DNA of 64,000 bases from Verrucomicrobiota bacterium. GTDB taxonomy: Bacteria > Verrucomicrobiota > Verrucomicrobiia > Opitutales > Coraliomargaritaceae. Below are positions 30,022 to 39,943 of the stretch, in pieces. Every line of letters begins with the position of its first letter. Positions within the stretch are counted from its first letter, which is position 1. A model generated the notes under the pieces. The model was not told where the DNA came from. It ran no database searches and worked only from the letters and a program-made list of their open reading frames with translations. Both the position numbers and the translations under genes were made by a program. The stretch spans positions 32,001 through 96,000 of the forward strand of contig JBCBZJ010000004.1 of assembly GCA_039815375.1 (NCBI GenBank), read 5' to 3'.

Positions 30022-30054
30022 AAAAGCGCCCTCAACAATGGGGGCGCTTTTTTT
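30022..30054 (+). terminator. Rho-independent terminator
   Basis: aaaagcgccctca...tgggggcgcttttttt. Confidence 0.85.
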
Positions 30055-30261
30055 GCCTACACTTAAAAAAGCAAGATTTTCATCCAGAAGCTCATATTCT
30101 ATTTTTTTTAAAATCCGACACCATCTCAACCAAATCGAATATCTCCGCGCCTCCCACAGCACCAAGAAAAAGACTCGCACACGCCAAAAGGCAGAACGGA
30201 TCGAAACCGATTCGATTGGTGTTTATTTGTTTCCATTAGTGAGCAAAATAACTGCCTATAC

Positions 30262-30987
30262 ATGAATCTACAAATCGCCCAATTGCTCTCCGAACTCAAA
30301 ACAAAGGCACGAACATCTGGGTTTGAAATCGAAACTTTTGATCAAATTGAGAAATGGCCCCTCATGGCACTGTCGCGAAATTCCAGCCGACAAGGTGGTC
30401 AAAAAGTATATATATCATCGGGCATCCACGGCGATGAACCGGCGGGGCCACTCGCCTTGCTGGAGCTCCTCGAATCCGACGCCTTACCGCGACAACACGA
30501 CTACTGGATCTGCCCCGTCTTAAATCCCGCTGGGCTCGACGCAGGCACTCGTGAAAATACCGACGGCCTCGATCTCAATCGTGACTATCGCGAACCTCAG
30601 TCTTCCGAAATCCGGGCACATATCTCCTGGGCGAAGCAGCATATTCCCCCGCTCGATCTCGCCCTCCACCTCCACGAAGACTGGGAGGCCAAAGGCTTCT
30701 ACCTCTACGAACTCAACTTCAGTGGACAACCCGGCCACGCCAATGCAATCCTTGAAGCCGCCGCCAAGCACCTGCCCATCGACACCACAAACGAAATCGA
30801 CGGCAGTCCCGCAAGTGGCGGCATCATCCGCCCTCAGACTTTACCCGAACTCGAAGAAGGCTATCCTGAAGCCATCTACTTCCAGCAACAATTCGGCGGC
30901 CTCAACTACACCCTCGAAACACCCTCCGGCCTCCCACTCAAACAACGCATCGCAGCCCACAAAGACGCCATCCTCACCGTGCTCTGA
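30262..30987 (+). CDS. M14-like metallocarboxypeptidase (AstE/AspA family)
   Basis: GIHGDEPAG, DLNR, LHED, TLETP. Confidence 0.85.
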   Translation: MNLQIAQLLSELKTKARTSGFEIETFDQIEKWPLMALSRNSSRQGGQKVYISSGIHGDEPAGPLALLELLESDALPRQHDYWICPVLNPAGLDAGTRENTDGLDLNRDYREPQSSEIRAHISWAKQHIPPLDLALHLHEDWEAKGFYLYELNFSGQPGHANAILEAAAKHLPIDTTNEIDGSPASGGIIRPQTLPELEEGYPEAIYFQQQFGGLNYTLETPSGLPLKQRIAAHKDAILTVL

Positions 30988-31059
30988 CTCTTTGCTGAAC
31001 TGCCAACAAACCAGACCGCATAGCTTGAACTTTCGCATTGGCCTGATTGCATTGGATCT

Positions 31060-32115
31060 ATGAATCACTGCCTTGCTTTATGCTTCCTTTTTATCGGTGC
31101 ACTTCTTTCAGCCGCGCCAACCATTGAAATTCTTGCCGAGCTGAACTATCGACGTCCGGGCAACCCCGCAGTGACGCCGGACGGCACCGTGTATTTTTCA
31201 ATGCACCCATTCGATGATCCCCATCACAAGGTGATGAAGCTCAATGAAGACGGCTCCTTCGAGCCCTTCCCTTACGAAGGCATCTCGAAGAACTTCTCTG
31301 CGGTGATCGGCATCCAGAGCGACAGCAAAGGTCGTGTTTGGATTTTGGACATGGGAAGCGAAGAGAAATCCCCGAAGCTTTTCGCTTGGGACACTGCATC
31401 CAACAGTCTCCACAAAGTGATCTACATCCCAAATGAAGCACTCGTTGCGAACTCTTTCCTCCAGGACTTCGCAATCGATGAAAAGCACGGCATGATCTAC
31501 ATCGCGGATATGTCCCGCAGTGGGATGATCGATGCCAGCGAACCGGCCATCATAGTCGTCGACCTGGAGCACGGTTTCTCACGTCGCGTATTGCAATCCT
31601 TCTCTGCGTTCCAACCCAAGTTTGGCGAGGTCATGATCACCGAGGGCACGCCCACGACATTTACCGATGAGGCAGGCACACACCATCCGCTGGAGATCGG
31701 ACTCAACCCCATCGCAATCGATGCGCAAAACGAGTGGGTCTATTTCTCAACCATCCATCCCGGCTCGCTGTTTCGCATTCCGGCCGCAACCCTCGCCAAC
31801 CCACATCTCCGCATGACCCCACTGATTGATTCGATCGAGCTCTTTGCCCCCAAACCCACCAGTGACGGCATCGCAGCCGATGGAAAAGGCCGCGTCTTTA
31901 TTACCAATCTGGAGGACAATGCCATCAGCATCGCAGACGAATCCGGCACCCGAATCTGGGTCCAGGACGATCGCTTTGTTTGGCCCGACGGCGTCTATGT
32001 CGCACCCGACGGCAGCGTCGTCGCAACAATCAACCAACTCAACCGGGCCGCACCCTTCAACAAAGGCAAGGACGGCGCTAAGCCGCCTTACTACATCGTG
32101 CGCATCAGCGAATAA
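31060..32115 (+). CDS. Secreted beta-propeller, major royal jelly/yellow-like
   Basis: Signal peptide; RPGN, WILDMG, SFLQD, SDGI, WPDG. Confidence 0.8.
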   Translation: MNHCLALCFLFIGALLSAAPTIEILAELNYRRPGNPAVTPDGTVYFSMHPFDDPHHKVMKLNEDGSFEPFPYEGISKNFSAVIGIQSDSKGRVWILDMGSEEKSPKLFAWDTASNSLHKVIYIPNEALVANSFLQDFAIDEKHGMIYIADMSRSGMIDASEPAIIVVDLEHGFSRRVLQSFSAFQPKFGEVMITEGTPTTFTDEAGTHHPLEIGLNPIAIDAQNEWVYFSTIHPGSLFRIPAATLANPHLRMTPLIDSIELFAPKPTSDGIAADGKGRVFITNLEDNAISIADESGTRIWVQDDRFVWPDGVYVAPDGSVVATINQLNRAAPFNKGKDGAKPPYYIVRISE

Positions 32116-32157
32116 GCCCGAAGAAAGGCTGCCTCTGTTCCACTTCAGGTGTTTGAG

Positions 32158-32943
32158 CTAACGCGACCTATCCTCTTTTCTGAAGAACGGGATGATAGCA
32201 GCCATCAACGAAAAAATCAGCGAATAAGATCTAAGCTCAGGCACGAGAACGAGGCCCTCCTGACTTATCGGGTCGGTTACATCTGTTCCGCCGAAGTCGG
32301 TATTCAGGCTAAATTCGGTGTTGTTGAGTGTGGCCGTATCCAAGTCAGCTGCATTCGAAAGATCGGCGTCCACCAGCGATGCATCGGTGAAATCAGCAAG
32401 CGTCAAATCGGCATCTTCAAGGGTAGCTCCGGTCAAATCCGCACCTGCAAAATCGGGCCCCGTATCGAATAAGGTCGCAAAGAAACCACCAGGAGATCCC
32501 GAAGTGGAACTCAAATCAGCATCCACCAAGGTTGAATTACTGAAGTCAGCGCCCAATAAGTTGCCACCGGATAAGTTGGCCCGCGTGAGATCTGCACCGG
32601 AAAAATTGGGAGCCCCACCAAAAAATACGACTCCAAAAAAGTTCCCGCTCTGGAAATCGCTCAAATCAGCATCCACCAGAATTGCATTTTCAAAGTTCGT
32701 CCCCAGCAAAGTGGTATCTCTCAAATCGGCACCGGTGAAATCGACGCCACTAAAGTTTGCCCCCGAGAAATCGAAACCCGAGAGGTCCACACCACTCAAA
32801 TCACTATTTGTCCTCAGGTCCTGTGAAAAGGCACCCGTATCGAAACTGTTACCATCGAGATCGAGAACAATTGCATAGGCAGATGTGAGCGGAATCCCAA
32901 ACAAAGTCAGGATTCGAACTGGAAGACTAGTGCGGAAGTTCAT
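32158..32943 (-). CDS. Pentapeptide-repeat protein with PEP-CTERM-like tail
   Basis: A(D/N)(L/F)xx repeats; signal peptide; VPE + TM + RK. Confidence 0.8.
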   Translation of the reverse strand: MNFRTSLPVRILTLFGIPLTSAYAIVLDLDGNSFDTGAFSQDLRTNSDLSGVDLSGFDFSGANFSGVDFTGADLRDTTLLGTNFENAILVDADLSDFQSGNFFGVVFFGGAPNFSGADLTRANLSGGNLLGADFSNSTLVDADLSSTSGSPGGFFATLFDTGPDFAGADLTGATLEDADLTLADFTDASLVDADLSNAADLDTATLNNTEFSLNTDFGGTDVTDPISQEGLVLVPELRSYSLIFSLMAAIIPFFRKEDRSR

Positions 32944-33165
32944 ATCTATTTTTGCAAATCCAGCCGGAAGTCACTATCGCTTTTAGCGCCAACCGGCAAT
33001 TAATGGAACTATGCGTGAAAAAACGGTATATGCTCAAAAATCGATTAGCGTGCAGTGGTAAGAACAAAAAATTAATGTTTCGCAACATCATAGAGCACAA
33101 AGATGGCCGAAGCCCCTCAAGCCACTACGGTTATGGAATAGACTCGAATGACCGTTGATTGATGA

Positions 33166-33621
33166 ATGAAAAAATACAATAAACACACCTTCTGGATGCT
33201 CCTCTCGCTCGGCATTTGGATCGGCTTGGTGCTGGGCATTTCCTTCATGGAAGCGCCGCTCAAGTTCCAGGCTCCTGGCATCACAACCGAGCTGGGACTG
33301 AGTATCGGTCGGCTCGTCTTTGCCGCTCTGAACAAGATGGAGCTGTCTTGCCTCATCGTCCTAAGCATCGCAGGTGCTCCGCTTCTTAAGAGCTGGGGCC
33401 GTTGGTATTTTATTACATTCGCCGGGCTCTGGGCCTTGATGCTCGGCCAATCCTTTTACCTCCTCCCCATATTGGACGAGCGTGCAGCGTTGATCATCGC
33501 CGGGGCACCACCGCCCGACACATGGCACCACCTCGGTTATGTCATCCTTGAAGGCATCAAAATCCCGATGCTTCTGGTTCTCTTCACGCTTGCATATCGC
33601 AAGCAGGCACGAACAAGCTAG
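33166..33621 (+). CDS. 4-TM membrane protein (DUF4149-like)
   Basis: GISFMEAPLKF, IGRLVFAALN, LLP.L..RA, H..Y..LE..K. Confidence 0.65.
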   Translation: MKKYNKHTFWMLLSLGIWIGLVLGISFMEAPLKFQAPGITTELGLSIGRLVFAALNKMELSCLIVLSIAGAPLLKSWGRWYFITFAGLWALMLGQSFYLLPILDERAALIIAGAPPPDTWHHLGYVILEGIKIPMLLVLFTLAYRKQARTS

Positions 33622-33707
33622 TTCGCATAACACCCTTCGGCATAGAATGGACCGGTGCAAAAACATCCTCTCTCCCAGCTCAAAACTCGTAGCCATAATC
33701 GTTTAAC

Positions 33708-34046
33708 ATGCGCCAATACCGATCACTCTGCGCGCTGGCCTCATCGCTTGATATCTTTGGCGACAAATGGACGCTGCTCGTTATTCGAGACCTCTTTCGC
33801 GGTTGTGCGCACTTCAAAGATTTTCAGGCATCCCCTGAAGGGATTGCTACAAATATTCTTTCGAATCGCCTAAGCCGCCTGATCGAACACGAGCTGGTTG
33901 AGAAATTTCCGTCGACTGAGATCCCAGGCCGAAACGCCTATCGTCTGACTGAGAAAGGCCGCTCGCTCGAACCGGTGCTCTATGCGATTCTCGACTGGGG
34001 CAAAGCCAACATACCCGGATCCGGAGCGTTTCTGAGTGATATCTAG
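33708..34046 (+). CDS. HxlR family transcriptional regulator
   Basis: C...LDIFGDKWTLLVIRDL, LSNRL, YRLTEKG. Confidence 0.9.
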   Translation: MRQYRSLCALASSLDIFGDKWTLLVIRDLFRGCAHFKDFQASPEGIATNILSNRLSRLIEHELVEKFPSTEIPGRNAYRLTEKGRSLEPVLYAILDWGKANIPGSGAFLSDI

Positions 34047-34087
34047 ACGCTAAAAATTCAACGTCCAAATACCGACCCGAGTTCAAT

Positions 34088-34126
34088 ACTTGCAAAATGC
34101 AACTTTTATACTTGCATTTTGCAAGC
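34088..34126. promoter_or_regulatory. Double palindromic operator (probable HxlR site)
   Basis: acttgcaaaatgcaact and acttgcattttgcaagc; perfect 14-bp inverted repeat 34089-34102/34112-34125. Confidence 0.65.
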
Positions 34127-34187
34127 ATTAGGAAATATCACCCAAAAGACAGCAGAACCCTCAATTACCAATTAAATCAAATTAGCG

Positions 34188-34898
34188 ATGGAATTCCTCA
34201 ACGCCCACCCAATCACCACCTTCATTGTTCTCGCCGCGATGTTGGTCACACCCTTCTACATCTTCGCGACTTTTGCGTTCAGCGGAGCGTCTCTGAAGCG
34301 CGGTGGTGTGCTTGCTTCGCTCGCTCTGGTTTTCGGAGCAGCAATGTTTATCGTCTGCATTTACGCCGTTCCGGATCAGCTTGGAGTGGTTGGTAATCTG
34401 ATTATTCCGGTCGTGTGGATCCTGCCCAGCCTAGTCTTGTTTTGGTTTCGCGAATGGGTGCTGGCTGAGCGGCTCTCCTCGCACTATCTAATCAGCCTTC
34501 AACTCTGGCGAGCGATCGGAGCAGTCTTTCTCATTGAAATGGCTCGTGGTAATCTCCCGGGGGTCTTCGCTTATCCTGCTGGCGTAGGTGACGTGCTGGT
34601 CGCAGTTGCTGCGCTCATCGTCCTGATCCAATACCGGAATGCGAAAGACATCTCTGCCCCGGCGATTCATGTGGTGGGTGTGCTTGGAGTGCTCGACTTT
34701 TGCGCTGCCTTCTTCTTCGGCTTCACCTCATCAGATTCGCCGATTCAACTATTCTCCCAAGATAATCCAAATCAGGTCAGCCTTTTTCCGACAGGCCTCA
34801 TCCCCTTATTTCTAGTCCCCTATGCAATCTTCTTCCATGTCCTCGCTTGGTTGAATCTGGCCAAACATGGAACTCGTCTGCAGCAAACAGCACCGTAA
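34188..34898 (+). CDS. Multi-pass membrane protein
   Basis: About 7 TM segments; LQLWR..G..F, FA.PAG.GD, LIP.F.VP....H. Confidence 0.75.
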   Translation: MEFLNAHPITTFIVLAAMLVTPFYIFATFAFSGASLKRGGVLASLALVFGAAMFIVCIYAVPDQLGVVGNLIIPVVWILPSLVLFWFREWVLAERLSSHYLISLQLWRAIGAVFLIEMARGNLPGVFAYPAGVGDVLVAVAALIVLIQYRNAKDISAPAIHVVGVLGVLDFCAAFFFGFTSSDSPIQLFSQDNPNQVSLFPTGLIPLFLVPYAIFFHVLAWLNLAKHGTRLQQTAP

Positions 34899-34933
34899 TC
34901 GAAATCAGAGTCGAATCTTCCAAGCGTCTTCAT

Positions 34934-35034
34934 GGTAGCGCAGGTCCGTCCCCGGACCGCACAAACGCCATGTAATACAATAGACTGATCGATAGGATAC
35001 AAGATACTGCGCACCGAGACGGTGCTGCGCTACC
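34934..35034. repeat. REPIN-like inverted REP doublet
   Basis: ggtagcgcaggtccgtccccggaccgcac ... tgcgcaccgagacggtgctgcgctacc. Confidence 0.8.
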
Positions 35035-35113
35035 AATGCAAAACACTCCTTGGCAATGCGTCTGGAAGAGTTCGCCCTTGGCAAACCAACATGACAAGGT
35101 TGATGCTGATTCG

Positions 35114-36211
35114 ATGAACCATGATGCGCAAAGCTACGCGGAACAGCTAAATAAAAAGATCGAGCAGACTCGCGAGGAATTTGCCGAGTTCGGTGTGGAG
35201 GCAATCGAAGTGTTCACGTCCGAACCAGAGCACTACCGGATGCGTGCTGAGTTCCGGGTCTGGCACGAAGGCGAGGATCTCTACTACATCATGTTCAATC
35301 CGGAGACGAAGGATAAGTATCGGGTCGATACCTTTCCAGCTGCATCACAGCTGATCAATGATCTGATGCCTCAAGTAATTGAAGGCGTAAAATACAATCC
35401 GATCCTCCGCAAAAAGCTCTTTCAAGTCGATTTCCTTACGACTCTCAGTGGTGAAGCACTGGTCTCCCTGCTCTACCATAAACCGATTGATGAAGATTGG
35501 GTCGCAGCAGCACAGCAGCTCAAGGCCTCGCTTTTCGAAAAAGGACTTCTCGTCAACCTAATCGGTCGTGCACGGAAGAAGAAATTCGTTCTGGACCACG
35601 ACTACGTCATCGAACGCCTTAGCGTGAACGGCAGGACCTTTACCTACCAGCAGCATGAGAATGCCTTCACTCAACCCAACGCTAAGGTTGCCGAGCAAAT
35701 GCTCGACTGGGTCCAAAACACAACAAAAGGCGCCGAAGGCGACTTGCTGGAACTCTACTGCGGCAACGGCAACTTCTCGATCGCGCTTGCTCGAAACTTC
35801 AGGCGCGTCCTCGCCACCGAGCTCTCCAAACAATCTGTCACTGCTGCCCAGTGGAACATACGCAAGAACCGCGTCGAGAACCTAAAAATCGCCCGCCTCT
35901 CGGCCGAAGAACTCACCGAAGCACTCGAAGGCCAGCGCGTATTCCGCAGGCTTCAACAACAGGACATCGATCTTGCCGACTACGATTTCTCCACGGTTCT
36001 CGTCGACCCACCCCGTGCCGGTATCGACGAGACTTCACTCGCAACACTCCAAGTGTATCCAAATATCCTCTACATCTCCTGCAATCCGGAAACACTCAAA
36101 GCAAACCTCGAAACACTCAGCAAAACTCACCGCATCACCCGCACCGCACTCTTCGATCAATTTCCCTACACCCACCACCGTGAAATGGGCGTCGTTCTGG
36201 AACTTCGGTAG
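35114..36211 (+). CDS. trmA: tRNA (uracil-54) C5-methyltransferase
   Basis: [55 protein letters not shown]. Confidence 0.92.
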   Translation: MNHDAQSYAEQLNKKIEQTREEFAEFGVEAIEVFTSEPEHYRMRAEFRVWHEGEDLYYIMFNPETKDKYRVDTFPAASQLINDLMPQVIEGVKYNPILRKKLFQVDFLTTLSGEALVSLLYHKPIDEDWVAAAQQLKASLFEKGLLVNLIGRARKKKFVLDHDYVIERLSVNGRTFTYQQHENAFTQPNAKVAEQMLDWVQNTTKGAEGDLLELYCGNGNFSIALARNFRRVLATELSKQSVTAAQWNIRKNRVENLKIARLSAEELTEALEGQRVFRRLQQQDIDLADYDFSTVLVDPPRAGIDETSLATLQVYPNILYISCNPETLKANLETLSKTHRITRTALFDQFPYTHHREMGVVLELR

Positions 36212-36346
36212 AGGGCAAAAGTCGAAGCGAGCCTACAGCCGGCAGCTATCGAGAGGCTGCGAGGCGTCTGAACGTTGACCAAAGAACACTGAAAAAGCTT
36301 GTTACTATGGAAACCTAAGCGCTTCCGGTTATGATGCTCGTTAAAC

Positions 36347-37306
36347 ATGCTGTCGCTTTTCTATGACCCCATCTATACCACAGGAATCGATCCAACTGCG
36401 CGATTCCCGAGAGAACGCTATCGATTGCTGGCCGAGCGGCTGAGAGGTCTTGATCATATCGAGCTAAGACAACCGCGACTGGCCCGCCGCGAAGAGTTGG
36501 TTCTGGCTCACGACCCAAGTTATGTAGATGCCTTCCTAAGCAATCAGCTTAGTCCGGAAGCCATTCGCCGAATCGGTCTACGGCCATGGACAAAGGACCT
36601 CATCGAACGCACGCTTCGCATCACAGGCGGCAGTCTGCAGGCACTCGAGCATGCCTTAAGCAATCAGACCATCGCAGGCAACATGGCTGGCGGCACACAT
36701 CACGCTTACGGTAACTTCGGCTCGGGTTATTGCATCTTTAATGACATCGCAATCTGCTCATTTGCAGCGCTCAAGCATCCGGATATCAGTCGTATTCTCG
36801 TGCTTGATCTGGATGTGCATCAAGGCGACGGCACGGCTGCGATCTGTTCAAATGAAGAACGCATCTTCACCTGTTCAATTCATGCGGAGAGCAATTTCCC
36901 CTTCCGCAAGCAACAGAGCGAGCTCGATATCCACTTGGACGACGAAATTTCCGACGCCGACTACCTTGAGTGCCTTGACCGCACTATGGACAAGGTAGGA
37001 GCTAAGAACTTTGATCTCATTCTTTACCAAGCCGGTGTCGATCCGCTGGCTGAAGATGCTTTGGGCAACCTTAGCCTAAGTCGGGCATGCTTGAATGAGC
37101 GCAACATACGCGTTTTTGAACTCTATCGAAGATATGGAATCCCGATCGTTGTTTTCATGGGAGGTGGTTATGCCAAGCAGATCGAAACGAGTGTGGATGC
37201 TTTCCAGGATCTGTTTACGTCAGCCGCAAGCTATACCAATCAACCAGACCGACTCAAACATTGCTTCATCCAACGATCTAGGATTGCCTCGGAGCATGAA
37301 GCTTAG
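36347..37306 (+). CDS. Histone deacetylase family protein
   Basis: GGTHHA, GYCIFND, DLDVHQGDGT, AGVD, GGGY. Confidence 0.9.
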   Translation: MLSLFYDPIYTTGIDPTARFPRERYRLLAERLRGLDHIELRQPRLARREELVLAHDPSYVDAFLSNQLSPEAIRRIGLRPWTKDLIERTLRITGGSLQALEHALSNQTIAGNMAGGTHHAYGNFGSGYCIFNDIAICSFAALKHPDISRILVLDLDVHQGDGTAAICSNEERIFTCSIHAESNFPFRKQQSELDIHLDDEISDADYLECLDRTMDKVGAKNFDLILYQAGVDPLAEDALGNLSLSRACLNERNIRVFELYRRYGIPIVVFMGGGYAKQIETSVDAFQDLFTSAASYTNQPDRLKHCFIQRSRIASEHEA

Positions 37307-37505
37307 ACAAGGCCAGATCTGGAAGACCAATCCAGAGGTGCATAGCCACAATGGGGAGGCACTCTACCTGCGAATTGTTCAGCTCGAACGCCTCTCAGTC
37401 GACTATAAGGAAATCGTGAGCCTTGAGACCGGAGACGGCCGTCACAAACAAGCGACGAAAAAGCAATTCTGCCGCCTAATCAAAGGCGCCCGGGAGCTCG
37501 GGTAA
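37296..37505 (+). CDS. Small hypothetical protein
   Basis: MKLRQGQIWK... 69 aa, overlapping the upstream stop. Confidence 0.55.
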   Translation: MKLRQGQIWKTNPEVHSHNGEALYLRIVQLERLSVDYKEIVSLETGDGRHKQATKKQFCRLIKGARELG

Positions 37506-37593
37506 GATTTCATCAAAAATCTAATAAACGCATGGCACTAAAAGCCTGCGCATTAGACAAAAGCCTTCGAGCACATATTGTGCAAGTTCAGGC

Positions 37594-38076
37594 ATGAAGA
37601 AAAGACGAGCACTGATGGTCCTTCTGTTGGCCTTTGTATCCATACTTTATCTATGGATAAGCGCATCAAAGGAGAAACAAAAGCTTCACACCGCAAAAAC
37701 AGAGATTTCCAACCTGGGAGCGCAAGAACCCAAAATTGAGGACCCGGTCCGCCGCACTACGGCCGATGAGCTCCCGGCAAAAGTCACGCATCAACCGATA
37801 AGGGAACATGATTTAAACTACATTAAGTCGGCCATGAGGAGAGATGTCCGTTCTCTTACACCGGTGAAGCGACCCGACGACTCAATCAAGGTCGATCTCG
37901 AAGGCAGCTTCAGAAATGCATCCATGGCCCGACTGCACCCTGATGGCTCGATCGAAGTGATTTGCTTCGATAACTTTGGGCAAGCACGAGATTTCCTATT
38001 TGATCAGGAACCGCCGCAGGCAGATCAAGAGCCTGAAACCGAAGCATCACTTCAGCCGGCACTTGCGGAAAAATGA
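37594..38076 (+). CDS. Membrane-anchored hypothetical protein, partner of the PA protease
   Basis: N-terminal TM; RPDDSIKVDLEGSF...ARLHPDGSIEVIC; ATGA overlap with the next gene. Confidence 0.65.
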   Translation: MKKRRALMVLLLAFVSILYLWISASKEKQKLHTAKTEISNLGAQEPKIEDPVRRTTADELPAKVTHQPIREHDLNYIKSAMRRDVRSLTPVKRPDDSIKVDLEGSFRNASMARLHPDGSIEVICFDNFGQARDFLFDQEPPQADQEPETEASLQPALAEK

Positions 38077-39917
38077 AAACGGCTAGTCAAATCCTCCTTA
38101 GCCTTGGCTTGGCGCTTCTGCCCGTCGGACAGGTCTCTGCCCTTACTTTCAGCTTCGATTACCAGGATTCCAACGGCTTCGGCTACTTCGACAACACTTC
38201 AGCTAGTCCAGTCGGTGGCAACACGGGAACTACACTTGGCGAACAGCGACGTATCCTTCTCGAGCATGCGGCAGGCGTCTGGGCCAATTATCTGGAAAGC
38301 GACATTACCATAGTAATTGGAGCGGACTTTCAGCAGATTGGAGGCAGCTCCAACTCGGCAACGCTCGCTTTCGCAGGACCTGAGTTTCTACTAAGCGATT
38401 TCGATGGGGCGCCTCTGCCTGATATCCTCTATGTCTCAGCACTGGCTGATAGCCTGGCGGGAGAGGATAACGACCCGGGGTCCCCTGATCTGGGAATCAC
38501 GGTCAATGAGTCCATCGACTCCGACCCAAACGTGCTTGGTGGTGGTGGTTTCTACTACGGTCTCGACAACAATGCACCGTCAAACCAAACCGACCTTCTT
38601 TCTACTCTTCTTCACGAAATTGGGCACGGCCTCGGATTCCTCTCTACCGTCGATGAAACAGATGGAACGCTGCTTGGAGGCCTACCCGACAGCTTCACCG
38701 TCCACATTTTCGACGAGGAGACAAACGAAGCATGGACTGAGATGACAAATACCGAGCGTCGAAACTCGGCCATCAACGATCCAGATGTGACTTTCCGGGG
38801 CCCGGCAACACAACAGGCCGCAAAACGTCAACTTAAGCCTGAATTCGGCGGTGTCTCGGTAGATCAAATCAACGCAAGTGGCGATACGATCTCCAGCTTC
38901 TCGGCTCAGGCCGGAAACTTCGGTTGGGGTGTCCCGGAATCAGGCGTATCGGGAAAACTGGTTCTGGTAGACGACGGCAGCGGCACGACCAGCGACGGTT
39001 GCCAAGGGCCTTTCGTCAATGAAAACGAAGTGCTCGGTCAAATCGCTTTGATTGACCGGGGAACATGCTTCTTCGACGAAAAAGTTGCTTTCGCGCAGGC
39101 TGCCGGTGCTATCGCAGTCATCATTGCCAATAATGATGGCGAAACCCTGGTTAAGATGTCTGGCGATGACGCCAGCATAACTATCCCTTCCGTCTTCATT
39201 GGCCAAAGCGATGGGAACGAACTGAAGGCACTCTTACCGGGCGCTCTGGTGCAGATACGAAACACGATCGACCCATCGGGAATCCGCGAAGGTTCTGTAA
39301 GCCTCCATGCTCCAAATCCAGTCGCATCAGGATCAAGCATTTCACACTGGTCAATCAGCACCTTCCCACATCTCTTAATGCAGCCAAACTTATCCAGACT
39401 TGTGGACATTACGAATCCTCAATCAGGGCTGGTTCCTTTTACGCAACTGCCTGAACTCGATCTCACCATCCTTGCAATGCGCGATATCGGATGGCCTATA
39501 AAGAATATCAGTATCCCGCATCTTTCCTACGAACTTTGGGCTGCTGAGCAGATAACCGGGCCCAACACCGGACGCGAGCAAGACGCAGATGGCGACAGCT
39601 ACACAAACTTCTTCGAGTATGTCTATGCCACCGATCCGATGCTGGCCAGTTCCGCGCCGCTGGTTCCCGCCTTTTCCGTTCTCGACCCCTCAAATCTGGA
39701 GCTGAAATACACCCGTAATTCGATCGCAGCCGATGTTACTTTTGAACTCACGCGCACGGAAGATCTTGAAACCTCATTCTCCGATACCACCTATGGAACC
39801 GGTTACCGCCAAACCGGTGCAACGACAATTGATGACATGACTGAGGAAGTCGAATGGGAGGTCTTCTCGGAAGCACCGAACGAGTTCTTTCGAGTTAAGG
39901 GCACGGAGAATCCATAG
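38073..39917 (+). CDS. Secreted zinc metalloprotease with PA domain
   Basis: HEIGHGLGF; IALIDRGTC.F..K...AQ.AGA; SSISHW...LM; C-terminal DADGD..TNFFEY and FFRV. Confidence 0.85.
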   Translation: MKTASQILLSLGLALLPVGQVSALTFSFDYQDSNGFGYFDNTSASPVGGNTGTTLGEQRRILLEHAAGVWANYLESDITIVIGADFQQIGGSSNSATLAFAGPEFLLSDFDGAPLPDILYVSALADSLAGEDNDPGSPDLGITVNESIDSDPNVLGGGGFYYGLDNNAPSNQTDLLSTLLHEIGHGLGFLSTVDETDGTLLGGLPDSFTVHIFDEETNEAWTEMTNTERRNSAINDPDVTFRGPATQQAAKRQLKPEFGGVSVDQINASGDTISSFSAQAGNFGWGVPESGVSGKLVLVDDGSGTTSDGCQGPFVNENEVLGQIALIDRGTCFFDEKVAFAQAAGAIAVIIANNDGETLVKMSGDDASITIPSVFIGQSDGNELKALLPGALVQIRNTIDPSGIREGSVSLHAPNPVASGSSISHWSISTFPHLLMQPNLSRLVDITNPQSGLVPFTQLPELDLTILAMRDIGWPIKNISIPHLSYELWAAEQITGPNTGREQDADGDSYTNFFEYVYATDPMLASSAPLVPAFSVLDPSNLELKYTRNSIAADVTFELTRTEDLETSFSDTTYGTGYRQTGATTIDDMTEEVEWEVFSEAPNEFFRVKGTENP

Positions 39918-39943
39918 AGAGTCGTCGCTGATCACATCGTAAG

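Noticed and set aside
32318..32878. 186-aa S/A/K/P-rich plus-strand ORF
   Set aside because: Antisense shadow of the pentapeptide repeat gene
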